Below the pieces are notes generated by a model. The model searched no databases. It worked only from the letters and a program-made list of their open reading frames with translations, and was not told where the DNA came from. The position numbers were made by a program, and so were the translations under genes. From contig CAWETU010000005.1 in NCBI GenBank assembly GCA_963812135.1, positions 128,001-192,000 of the forward strand: a DNA stretch of 64,000 bases, read 5' to 3'. This document shows, one piece after another, positions 46,685 through 54,889 of the stretch. Position 1 is the first letter of the stretch, and each line of letters starts with the position of its first letter. The stretch is from Vulcanimicrobiota bacterium. Lineage in GTDB: Bacteria > Vulcanimicrobiota > Vulcanimicrobiia > Eremiobacterales > Eremiobacteraceae.

Positions 46685-47803
46685 TCAGGATGTCGTGCGC
46701 GCGAAGCGGATGCTCGACACGAGGATCAATGCCAAGCCAAGCGCGCTCATCGCCAATACTTGGGGCCACAGCGCATCGAGCCCCGCGCCGCGTAGAATGA
46801 TCCCGCGCAAAATCTCCAAGAAGTAGGTCATCGGGATGAATAACCCGATCCATTGCATGACCGTCGGCATGAGTTCGCGCTCGAAGAAAAATCCTGAGAG
46901 CAGAATAGACGGTCCGGTGAGCGCAAACGTCATCAAGATGGCTTGCAGTTGGGTCTGCGCGATCGTCGAGACGAGCAGGCCGAGGCCGAGCGCGGACATC
47001 AGAAAGCACACGCCCAGTGCGAGCAGCAACAGGACGCTCCCCGCGATCGGCACTTTGAAGATGAACACCATCGCCAACAGCACCAGCAAGAAGTCGATGA
47101 ACCCGATCGCCACGTACGGCACGATTTTTCCGAGCATGAGGCCGGTCGACCCGATCGGCGTCACGAGCAGCTGATCGAGCGTGCCGCGTTCGCGTTCGCC
47201 CACGATCGAAAGCGCCATCAAGAAGATCGTGATGAGCTGCATGATCAGCCCGATGAGCCCAGGCACGAGGAAGTTCGCGCTGCGCAGATCCGGGTTGAAG
47301 AGCATGCGCGGGCGGACGTCGATGATCGTCGCGCTCGCCTGTGGATGCAGTTCGAGCGACAACGCCTGCCCGATGAGCCCTGAGGCGCCGTACGCTTGCT
47401 GTGCGATCGATGAATCCGAGCCATCGATAAGCACTTGGATCTGCCCCTGCCGGCCGGCGAGCACGTCGGCTGTGAAATTCGGAGGAATGTCCACCGCAAC
47501 GTGGATCTTGCCCGCCACGATCAGCTTCTCGAGTTCTTGCCGCGACGAAGCACGACGTACGAGATCGAACTGCTGCGATGTGCGCAGCGAATCGAGGGCT
47601 CGAATCGCGAGCGCCCCGCGATCCTCGTCGTAGTACGCAGTTGGAATGTGCTCGACGCGCGTGTTGATCGCATACCCGAAAAGCAGCAGCTGCAAGATCG
47701 GAAGAAACAACGCCAAAGCGAGCGTTGCCCGGTCGCGTACGACGTGCAACACTTCTTTGTAGAGCACAGCGGAGAAGCCGCGTGTATCGAATGGCTGCCT
47801 CAT
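46685..47803 (-). CDS. ABC-2 type transporter permease (YbhS/R-like)
   Basis: KEVLHVVRD, FNP.L, VPGLIG, ERERGTLDQLLVTP, LSGF. Confidence 0.92.
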   Translation of the reverse strand: MRQPFDTRGFSAVLYKEVLHVVRDRATLALALFLPILQLLLFGYAINTRVEHIPTAYYDEDRGALAIRALDSLRTSQQFDLVRRASSRQELEKLIVAGKIHVAVDIPPNFTADVLAGRQGQIQVLIDGSDSSIAQQAYGASGLIGQALSLELHPQASATIIDVRPRMLFNPDLRSANFLVPGLIGLIMQLITIFLMALSIVGERERGTLDQLLVTPIGSTGLMLGKIVPYVAIGFIDFLLVLLAMVFIFKVPIAGSVLLLLALGVCFLMSALGLGLLVSTIAQTQLQAILMTFALTGPSILLSGFFFERELMPTVMQWIGLFIPMTYFLEILRGIILRGAGLDALWPQVLAMSALGLALILVSSIRFARTTS

Positions 47804-48753
47804 GCCGCATTCACCCGTGAGCGCGTGAGCGCGACGAACACGTCTTCCAGCGATGGTTCGATGCGCTCGATCCCCTCGACGCCGGCGTGCGCGCCGCTCA
47901 GATCGGCTTGCAGCCGTTCGGGCGTGCAGTCCGCGGCCACGACGAGATGCAGGTCACGCCCGAAGATCGTCACGTCCTTGACGTATTCGAGGTGTTGCGC
48001 TGCAGAAAACGCCGGCATCACGTCCACGGTATGGACGGCGTAACGGACCGTGCCTGGCGCTTGCACGCCCGGCAGGCGACGCAACTCGTCGAGCGTGCCG
48101 AGCGCGATGAGCTCGCCGCCGAAGATGTAGCCGACCCGCGAGCAGCGTTCGGCTTCATCCATATAATGGGTCGTCACGAACAACGTGACGCCTGTCTCAG
48201 CGAGCTTGAACAGCAAGTCCCAAAGGTCGCGACGCGCGACCGGGTCGATGCCCGCCGTGGGCTCGTCCAAGAACATGACTTTTGGTTCGTGCAAGAATGC
48301 CGTCGCCAGCGCGAGGCGCTGCTTCCAACCGCCGGAGAGCTGGTCCGCCAGCTTATTGCTGTATTGTCCGATGCCGGCGAGCTCGGTGACTTCGCGCTTG
48401 CGCCGCTCGCGCCGCTCTGGATCCAGATTATATGCGCGCGCGTAGAACTCGAGGTTTTCGTTCACCGTCAGGTCGCCGTACAGCGAGAACTGCTGCGACA
48501 TGTAGCCGATCGCTTCGCGGACTTGGTCTCCTTGGCGCTCGATGTCAAAGCCGTCAACGCTGCCCGTGCCGGCGGTCGGACGCACCAAGCCGCACAGCAT
48601 CTTGATCGTGGTGGACTTGCCGCTGCCGTTCGGACCTAAGAACCCGAAGATCGTGCCGCGCGGGACCTCGAAGCTCAGATCACGCACGACGGTCTGGTCG
48701 CCGTAGCGCTTGGTCAGTCCGCGCGCCACAATCGCGGCTCCGGGGTCGCTCAC
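47800..48753 (-). CDS. ABC transporter ATP-binding protein (YbhF-like)
   Basis: GPNGSGKST, LSGG, LDEPT, TTHYMDEAE. Confidence 0.93.
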   Translation of the reverse strand: MSDPGAAIVARGLTKRYGDQTVVRDLSFEVPRGTIFGFLGPNGSGKSTTIKMLCGLVRPTAGTGSVDGFDIERQGDQVREAIGYMSQQFSLYGDLTVNENLEFYARAYNLDPERRERRKREVTELAGIGQYSNKLADQLSGGWKQRLALATAFLHEPKVMFLDEPTAGIDPVARRDLWDLLFKLAETGVTLFVTTHYMDEAERCSRVGYIFGGELIALGTLDELRRLPGVQAPGTVRYAVHTVDVMPAFSAAQHLEYVKDVTIFGRDLHLVVAADCTPERLQADLSGAHAGVEGIERIEPSLEDVFVALTRSRVNAA

Positions 48754-49865
48754 AAGCTGACGCTGACCGTGGTGCCCCCGCGCAGCACGCGATCCGGGTC
48801 GTGCACGCGCACTTTGACGCCGAACACGAGATTGGCCCGGTCTTCTGCGGTCTGGACGTCGCGTGGCGTGAACTGCGCTTGCGAGTCGATCGATTCGATG
48901 TGGCCATCGAACGGACGCGTGGGCAGCGCGTCGGAGCGCACGGTCACGTGCTGACCGATATTCGATGCGCCGAGCAGCGACTGCGGCACGTAAATGCGCA
49001 CAAATGGATCGATGAACTCGTCTACGCTGGCCACCGAGGCGCCCGGGGGAACGAGATCCCCAGCACGCAAGTCCAGACTGTTGACGATGCCGTCTGCGGG
49101 CGCGACGACGGCCATCTCTGCGAGTCGCGCCTTCGCCGCCGCAACGCCGGCTTGCGCGCTTGCGACGGCGTCGCGCGCTTGCTGGATCTGGTCGGGGCGT
49201 GCTCCGGCTGCGACGAGCGCGGCGTTTGCCGCCGCCGCTTGGTACGCCTGACGAGCTGCGACGACGCTTTGCGGCACGGAGCCGGTTTGAGCCGCAGCCA
49301 GTTGCGCTTGCGCGGACACGAGCCGTGCGTGCGCCTGGCGATCGGCCGATGCAGCGGCGTCGTATGCTTGCGCCGAGATCGCGCCGCCGCTATAGAGCTG
49401 GCGCGCGCGATTTGCGTCACGCCGCGCTTGGAGCGCGGCAGCGCGCGCCTGATTGGCGTTGGCCGCAGATTCCGTGATCTGATGCGGCGCCGTGATGTAC
49501 GCTTGTTCGTACGCGGCTTGCGCTTGCGCGGCCTGGGCGTCAGCTTTCTCGATATCTTGCTGGCGCGGGCCGGCGAGCAAGTCGTTCAGAGCCGCCTGCG
49601 CCTGCGCGAGCTGGCCTTGCGCTTGGGCCAGCGCCGCTCGCTGATCTTTGGGATCGAAGCGGACGATGGTCTGGCCTTTTCGGACCGTCTGGCCGTCGCT
49701 TGCCAGCACAGCGGTGACCCGACCGCCGACCGTGCTCCCAACGTTTGCCGATTCGGCCTGCAGCGTACCGCTGTACGTCGCCGCGCCGCGGCCGCACGCA
49801 GCAATCGCAGCGCATGCGATCGCGGCAATGATAGTGCGCGCGGCCGTCGATCGTCGCGCGCTCAT
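48750..49865 (-). CDS. HlyD-family membrane fusion protein (YbhG-like)
   Basis: Lipobox-like IAAC, lipoyl half-motifs, coiled coil, AQFTPRDVQT. Confidence 0.9.
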   Translation of the reverse strand: MSARRSTAARTIIAAIACAAIAACGRGAATYSGTLQAESANVGSTVGGRVTAVLASDGQTVRKGQTIVRFDPKDQRAALAQAQGQLAQAQAALNDLLAGPRQQDIEKADAQAAQAQAAYEQAYITAPHQITESAANANQARAAALQARRDANRARQLYSGGAISAQAYDAAASADRQAHARLVSAQAQLAAAQTGSVPQSVVAARQAYQAAAANAALVAAGARPDQIQQARDAVASAQAGVAAAKARLAEMAVVAPADGIVNSLDLRAGDLVPPGASVASVDEFIDPFVRIYVPQSLLGASNIGQHVTVRSDALPTRPFDGHIESIDSQAQFTPRDVQTAEDRANLVFGVKVRVHDPDRVLRGGTTVSVSL

Positions 49866-50542
49866 CGTTGGGACCGCACGCTGTGCAGATAGGCGAGTGA
49901 GAAGTCGGTGACATGCGTGGCGATCTGGCGAATGCGCTCGCGCGTCATCTTCAACTGCGGCCATAGCCGAGCAAGCACGGGCCCCGCGTGCGGATAGAAC
50001 ATGATCTGACCGATGATGCTCTGCGCGCACAGGCGCGTCGTATCATGATCCGGCGGAAGGCCGGCGATCGCGCCGACCGTCGCGCGCAAGCGATCGTAGT
50101 TCGGGCGAATCACCTCGTCGACCACTTGCGTCAGCGCCGGCGTCGCCTCCACGAGTTCGTGGCGCATCAGGCGAAACGGCAGCGCAGGCCGGTCGTGGCT
50201 ATACACTCCTTGGAAGATCGCGAGGATCACGGCACGCAGTTGCTCCTCCGGCGGCGCATCGCGCTTGAATATCTCTCGGACCACGGTATGGCCGGCCGCA
50301 CTCGCGACTTGTCGGAGCACTTCGGTGTACAGACCCAGCTTGTCTCGAAAATGATAGTTGACCGACGCGATGTTCACGCCGGCGCGCACGCAGATCTCTC
50401 GCACGGTCGCCGCATGATATCCGCGCTCAGCGAAGATCTCCATCGCCGCCTCGACGAGCTTGGCGCGAGTGGGATCAGTCGGGGAGCGTTCGCCGATCTC
50501 GCGACGCGGCGCGCGCTTTGGGGCGGCAGTGCCGGTGCTCAT
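49862..50542 (-). CDS. TetR-family regulator with DUF1956-like C-terminus (CecR/YbiH-like)
   Basis: FAERGY.ATVREI...AGVNIASVNYHFRDK; heads a ybhGFSR-like operon. Confidence 0.88.
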   Translation of the reverse strand: MSTGTAAPKRAPRREIGERSPTDPTRAKLVEAAMEIFAERGYHAATVREICVRAGVNIASVNYHFRDKLGLYTEVLRQVASAAGHTVVREIFKRDAPPEEQLRAVILAIFQGVYSHDRPALPFRLMRHELVEATPALTQVVDEVIRPNYDRLRATVGAIAGLPPDHDTTRLCAQSIIGQIMFYPHAGPVLARLWPQLKMTRERIRQIATHVTDFSLAYLHSVRSQR

Positions 50543-50553
50543 CTCTAACACGC

Positions 50554-50582
50554 ATTTTAAACACCTGTTTGAGGGGTGTCAA
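50554..50582 (-). promoter_or_regulatory. Sigma-70 promoter with an operator dyad in the spacer
   Basis: TTGACA(50582-50577)-17 nt-TAAAAT(50559-50554); dyad AAACA-GG-TGTTT. Confidence 0.75.
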
Positions 50583-51265
50583 GCGATGGCTTGTTCGACG
50601 CTCGTCAAGAACCGTTCCCATGGGGCCTCTCCGACCGCCGCGCCGTCGCGTTGTCCCCACCGGCCGACGACTGCTTGCAGCTCGTGGCTCGGCATGTCGC
50701 GTTCGAGCACGGACAGGCGCTCGTAGCGATCGAGCAGATAGCCGTAGTAGTCATTGGGCGTTCGCATCTCAGCCCGCGGTGTGCGAGCCGTCTGCGCATT
50801 CCAATGGTGCACGATGGTCGCATATACGCCCCACTCCATGTGGCTGCGCAGCAGCAGCAATCGCCACGCTGATAGGTCGTTGCCCGCGACGTTCCACGCA
50901 CCCTTCGGGCACACGATCCCATCGCGAAACTCAACGGCACCGTGGCGCAGTTGGGCTGGGAACACCCGGCATGCGGACGGCCGCGACGGATAGATCCCGC
51001 AGCGGCCGATGCCTCCAAGCTCCATGAGGAAATTGCATTGCTGCCTGCCGTCGGATCCGGGATGCTTCGCCAACACGAGCGAGAACGTGGTCTTGGTGGC
51101 GTCCAGTTTGAATCCGATGCCGGTCGCCTCTTGCTCCTGCGCGATCGTGATGAATTGTTCGGGCGCAAGGCGCATCTGCGTTGCGATGGTCCACACATCG
51201 TGTCCGCTCAGGCTCACGAAGTATTGCCTGCAGCACTCGCCGACGCAGCCTTCACACGGTCGCAT
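50579..51265 (-). CDS. YkgJ-family (CxxCxxCC) cysteine-cluster protein
   Basis: CEGCVGECC...D...CNFL...CGIY..RP.ACRVFP. Confidence 0.85.
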   Translation of the reverse strand: MRPCEGCVGECCRQYFVSLSGHDVWTIATQMRLAPEQFITIAQEQEATGIGFKLDATKTTFSLVLAKHPGSDGRQQCNFLMELGGIGRCGIYPSRPSACRVFPAQLRHGAVEFRDGIVCPKGAWNVAGNDLSAWRLLLLRSHMEWGVYATIVHHWNAQTARTPRAEMRTPNDYYGYLLDRYERLSVLERDMPSHELQAVVGRWGQRDGAAVGEAPWERFLTSVEQAIA

Positions 51266-51836
51266 GCGCCACTTGTGCGTACGCGTCTAGTAGATAGCGG
51301 CAGAAATCGGGATACCCGTACGGGCCTTCGTCGGCAGCGCGTGCGACAAACGCGTTCCATGATCCGACGACGCCCTGATACGTCTCGCGTTCGCGCGCTT
51401 GCGCGAGCAAGAGCTCGCGTTCGCGCTCGGCGTCGACGTCGTCGACCGTCCAGTTGCGGCACGAACACACGCCATGCATCACCCTTACCTCGCCCTGATC
51501 CAAATACGAGGGGAAGCTATGGCATGGACCCGGACGCAACGCGCCCAGGCCGCAGCGCGCCGCGTCGTCCATCGCAAAGATCAGAAACGTGCATGCGTGA
51601 GTCGAGTCTGATTTGGCAAGGGCCGCGCGATAACGCGCGCCGGTGCGATCGAGGGAAAAGCTATCTTCGGCCTTGTCGGGTGCGGGTAGCGCGATGGTGA
51701 AGTCCCAGGGCGGCACGAGCAACGTCGTAGAGATCCGATAGATATCGGCGCCGGATGGATAGACGATGGTGTCGCGACAACAGCTCTTGCGCGCGCAACC
51801 CAGCCAACGTTCTTCTTTTGTCTGCATCTGTCTCAT
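51252..51836 (-). CDS. YkgJ-family cysteine-cluster protein, degenerate paralogue
   Basis: WLGCARKSCC...D...CTFL...CGLG..RPGPCHSFP. Confidence 0.75.
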   Translation of the reverse strand: MRQMQTKEERWLGCARKSCCRDTIVYPSGADIYRISTTLLVPPWDFTIALPAPDKAEDSFSLDRTGARYRAALAKSDSTHACTFLIFAMDDAARCGLGALRPGPCHSFPSYLDQGEVRVMHGVCSCRNWTVDDVDAERERELLLAQARERETYQGVVGSWNAFVARAADEGPYGYPDFCRYLLDAYAQVAHATV

Positions 51837-51865
51837 GTCGCGCGTGCCCGAAACACGCCTACGCG

Positions 51866-52510
51866 CTACTTCGGGGACGCGTTGATCTGCGGAGCGGGAA
51901 GTTGTGGCTGGTACAACCCGATCGTCGTCTTGACGGTGTATTTTGCGCCGGCGGCGACGGTGATGTCTTCGTACTTCACGCCGCCGATGTGCTTGTGAAC
52001 GACATTATCCGGGCCTACTTTCTCGGTGACGACGAGCGGGTTGGCCTTGTCGCCAGCCACCGTTTCGACCCAGCCCCCAGCATGACTGAAGTCAGCGTTC
52101 AACGTCAGCGGCGTGCCCGCCGGCACTTTCATGGATGCGACGCACTCCGTGCCGACCACGGACGGGTTGGCGGTCGCAACCACGCCCGTGGGCAGCGACG
52201 CGGTCAGGAGAACGTCGGCACATATCCATTTGTCTTTAAGCCCGGACGATGCGTTGGAGCTTATCTTCATCTTCGCGGCGTCTTTGGAACCCGCGTCGAG
52301 CGCCGGCATGCTGACATTTTGTATCTTGGGGACGGCGCCGATGTCGACATACAACATACCGCCGGGATACTTGCTCGGCCACTGCCTGAAAAGCGACGCG
52401 TTGGGCGCGACGTTCTGCGGTGCCGGCGGCTGCGAACTCTTCGCGATGCGCGGGAATGCCAGCAGCACCAAAACGAGGATTGCCGCGACGAGAATCAGGA
52501 CGAACTGCAT
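51866..52510 (-). CDS. Membrane-anchored or secreted hypothetical protein
   Basis: AAGGAG RBS; N-terminal hydrophobic helix. Confidence 0.65.
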   Translation of the reverse strand: MQFVLILVAAILVLVLLAFPRIAKSSQPPAPQNVAPNASLFRQWPSKYPGGMLYVDIGAVPKIQNVSMPALDAGSKDAAKMKISSNASSGLKDKWICADVLLTASLPTGVVATANPSVVGTECVASMKVPAGTPLTLNADFSHAGGWVETVAGDKANPLVVTEKVGPDNVVHKHIGGVKYEDITVAAGAKYTVKTTIGLYQPQLPAPQINASPK

Positions 52511-52592
52511 TGCGTTCTCCTTCGCTCCGGGAGTGATGCGACGTTCGACAGTGGAGGGAGCCGACCTCGCGTTTCGGAAGCCTAGGGCCCTT

Positions 52593-53273
52593 ATGCGTAA
52601 TTTGAGATTTGGCCTCATCTTCGCGGCATGCGCTTGCTTCCTCGCACCGGCTCTCGCACTATCCGATTCGACGCCCCCGACGCCGGCTCCGACGCCAACG
52701 CTTCCGGAATTGGCGTCGGAGAACAGGTTCGTGAATGCGGTGACCATTGATTTGCAGTCCCGTTTCGCGACTACCGCGCAAGCCGCCGGAGCCGGCTACT
52801 TCCGCTACACGAATGAGGACAAAACGGGCGCGATCAGTTGGGTCAACACGTCTTATTGGACCAGCGATCCAAAACACCCGGGCCAACTCTGGTACGATGT
52901 GAACGGGCACTTGATCGGCGCAGATTTCACCGTGCTGAAGACCGACACTCCGCCCACGTTGTGGGGTGTGTCCTCATTGCGTTGGCTGACGCAAGAGCAA
53001 CACGTGCACTTCGGCGTGAAGCAGCCGGATGGAAGCATCAAGTTCGGTGGTTTCGGGGAGAGCGGCGCCGCTAGGATCGGTGCGGACTTGGCCAAGCCGA
53101 CTCCGGACGACGTGGTGAAGCTGGGCAGGGCACAAACCGCTAGCCAGGTCGCGTTCGTGTTCCCGTTCCCGGCGATCTGGGATCTGCAGGTGTGGCTCGT
53201 ACCCAATCCGAGCGGGCCGTTCGCGGAGTACAACCCGAACGTCAAGCCGAGCGGCGGCACCAAGGGCATGTAG
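52593..53273 (+). CDS. Secreted hypothetical protein
   Basis: Signal peptide; AGY, P.QLWYD..G.LIG, DLQVW...NPSGPFAEYNPNV. Confidence 0.75.
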   Translation: MRNLRFGLIFAACACFLAPALALSDSTPPTPAPTPTLPELASENRFVNAVTIDLQSRFATTAQAAGAGYFRYTNEDKTGAISWVNTSYWTSDPKHPGQLWYDVNGHLIGADFTVLKTDTPPTLWGVSSLRWLTQEQHVHFGVKQPDGSIKFGGFGESGAARIGADLAKPTPDDVVKLGRAQTASQVAFVFPFPAIWDLQVWLVPNPSGPFAEYNPNVKPSGGTKGM

Positions 53274-53293
53274 GACCCGAGCGAAGCTCGGGT
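53270..53293 (+). repeat. GTAG-headed REP-like hairpin (different stem)
   Basis: GTAGG-ACCCGAGC-GAA-GCTCGGGT; the GTAG includes the upstream gene's stop codon. Confidence 0.45.
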
Positions 53294-53320
53294 GTCAGCT
53301 CGAGCGAATGCTCGAGCACA

Positions 53321-53359
53321 AACAAAGAAGCGCGCCGGATGGCGCGCTTCTTCTTTATT
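53321..53359. terminator. Bidirectional intrinsic terminator
   Basis: A-tract, AGAAGCGCGCC-GGAT-GGCGCGCTTCT stem-loop, T-tract. Confidence 0.8.
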
Positions 53360-53441
53360 CGGTGGCGGTGCGTCGCTTGCCCGACGCCAGCCAACCGGCG
53401 AGGAGCAAGGCAAATGCCCCGAACGAGGCGACTAATTCCAT
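53355..53441 (-). CDS. Putative 28-aa single-TM small protein
   Basis: MELVASFGAFALLLAGWLASGKRRTATE*; TAGAAT 6 nt upstream; terminator directly downstream. Confidence 0.5.
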   Translation of the reverse strand: MELVASFGAFALLLAGWLASGKRRTATE

Positions 53442-53515
53442 GAGCCTATTCTAATCGCTACGCGGCCGCCGGCCTATGTGCACGTGTCGAGCGCCCGAAG
53501 CGGCGCGTTGTCCGA

Positions 53516-53539
53516 CGGTCGAATGAATTCGACCGCTAC
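53516..53539 (-). repeat. GTAG-type REP-like palindrome, copy 2
   Basis: GTAGCGGTCGAATTCATTCGACCG; its TAG is the amtB stop codon. Confidence 0.65.
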
Positions 53540-54786
53540 ATCTGATAGGCGACTTCAGCGTGCTGCGAGACATCCAGCCCGCGCTCTTCTTCTCCCTGCG
53601 AGACGCGCAATGGCACGAAGCGCTCGATCGCTTTGAGGATCAAAAACGTCATCCCACCTGCGTACACCCAGGAAACCGCCACCGCGATCGCCTGCACGGC
53701 CAGCTGACGCGGATTGCCCGCGAACAGCCCGTTGGCGCCGGCGGCGTTGACGGCGACCGTCGCGAACAGCCCGGTCGCCAGTGCGCCCCACGTGCCGCCG
53801 ATCCCGTGGACCGCCCACACATCGAGCGAATCGTCCACGCGGTGCATGCGCTCGCGCCACTGGATAGCCACGTAGCACACGACACCCGCGCCGAAACCGA
53901 TCAGGATCGCGCCAAGCGGCGTCACGAAGCCGCACGCCGGCGTCACCGCCACCAGGCCGGCCACCGCGCCTGCCGCGGCCCCGAGCACGCTGGGATTGCC
54001 CTTGCGCCACCAATGCAGCGTCATCCAGGTGAGCGCGCCCATGGCCGCGGCCAGATTGGTGCCGACGAACGCGCTCGCCGCAAGGCCGTTGGCCGCGAGC
54101 GCAGAGCCCGCGTTGAATCCGAACCAGCCAAACCAGACCAGCGCCGCGCCGAGCACCACGTACGGGATGTTGTGCGGTTCGGTGTTGCGGTCGGGCGCGA
54201 CGCCGATGCGCCGCCCGAGCACGAACGCCGCGACCAAGGCGGACACGCCCGATGTGATGTGCACGACGGTGCCGCCGGCGAAATCGAGCGTCCCAAGGTT
54301 GTTGAGCCAGCCGCCTTGGCCCCAGACCCAGTGGGCGATCGGGTCGTAGACAAACGTGGCCCAGAGCAGCGTGAACAAGACGAACGCCTTGAAGTGCTTG
54401 CGCTCGGCGAAACCGCCGGAGATCAGCGCCGGTGTGATCACCGCGAACATCATCTGGAACACGCAAAAGGCGAGGGCGGGGATCGTCGGCGCGTACGTAT
54501 TTGGCGTCTGGCCGACGCCTTGTAGTCCGAGCCACTGCAGACCGCCGATGATGCCGTGGAAGTAGCCGAGGAAATTAGCGTCCGGACCGAAGGCCAGCGT
54601 GTAGCCCCACAGCGCCCACTGCACGCTCACCAGACAGAGGATGAAGAAACTGTGCATGAGCGTGGCGAGCACGTTCTTGCGGCGCACGAGCCCGCCGTAG
54701 AAAAAACCGACCGCCGGCGTCATGAGCATGACCAAGGCGGCGGAGGCGAGCACCCAAGCGGTGTCGCCGGCGCTGATCGAGTGCAT
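53536..54786 (-). CDS. amtB: Ammonium transporter
   Basis: GDTAW, FQMMFAVIT, DFAGGTVVH, WFGWFGFNAGS, DDSLDVWAVHG. Confidence 0.96.
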   Translation of the reverse strand: MHSISAGDTAWVLASAALVMLMTPAVGFFYGGLVRRKNVLATLMHSFFILCLVSVQWALWGYTLAFGPDANFLGYFHGIIGGLQWLGLQGVGQTPNTYAPTIPALAFCVFQMMFAVITPALISGGFAERKHFKAFVLFTLLWATFVYDPIAHWVWGQGGWLNNLGTLDFAGGTVVHITSGVSALVAAFVLGRRIGVAPDRNTEPHNIPYVVLGAALVWFGWFGFNAGSALAANGLAASAFVGTNLAAAMGALTWMTLHWWRKGNPSVLGAAAGAVAGLVAVTPACGFVTPLGAILIGFGAGVVCYVAIQWRERMHRVDDSLDVWAVHGIGGTWGALATGLFATVAVNAAGANGLFAGNPRQLAVQAIAVAVSWVYAGGMTFLILKAIERFVPLRVSQGEEERGLDVSQHAEVAYQM

Positions 54787-54889
54787 CGGCGCAGGCCCTC
54801 CTTGGGATTACAGTATAGGACCGTCGCGCGCGAATTGCTTTCGACGTTTGTCGAAGAGTGAAGCGCGTATCTTCGACGAACGCCAGCGC

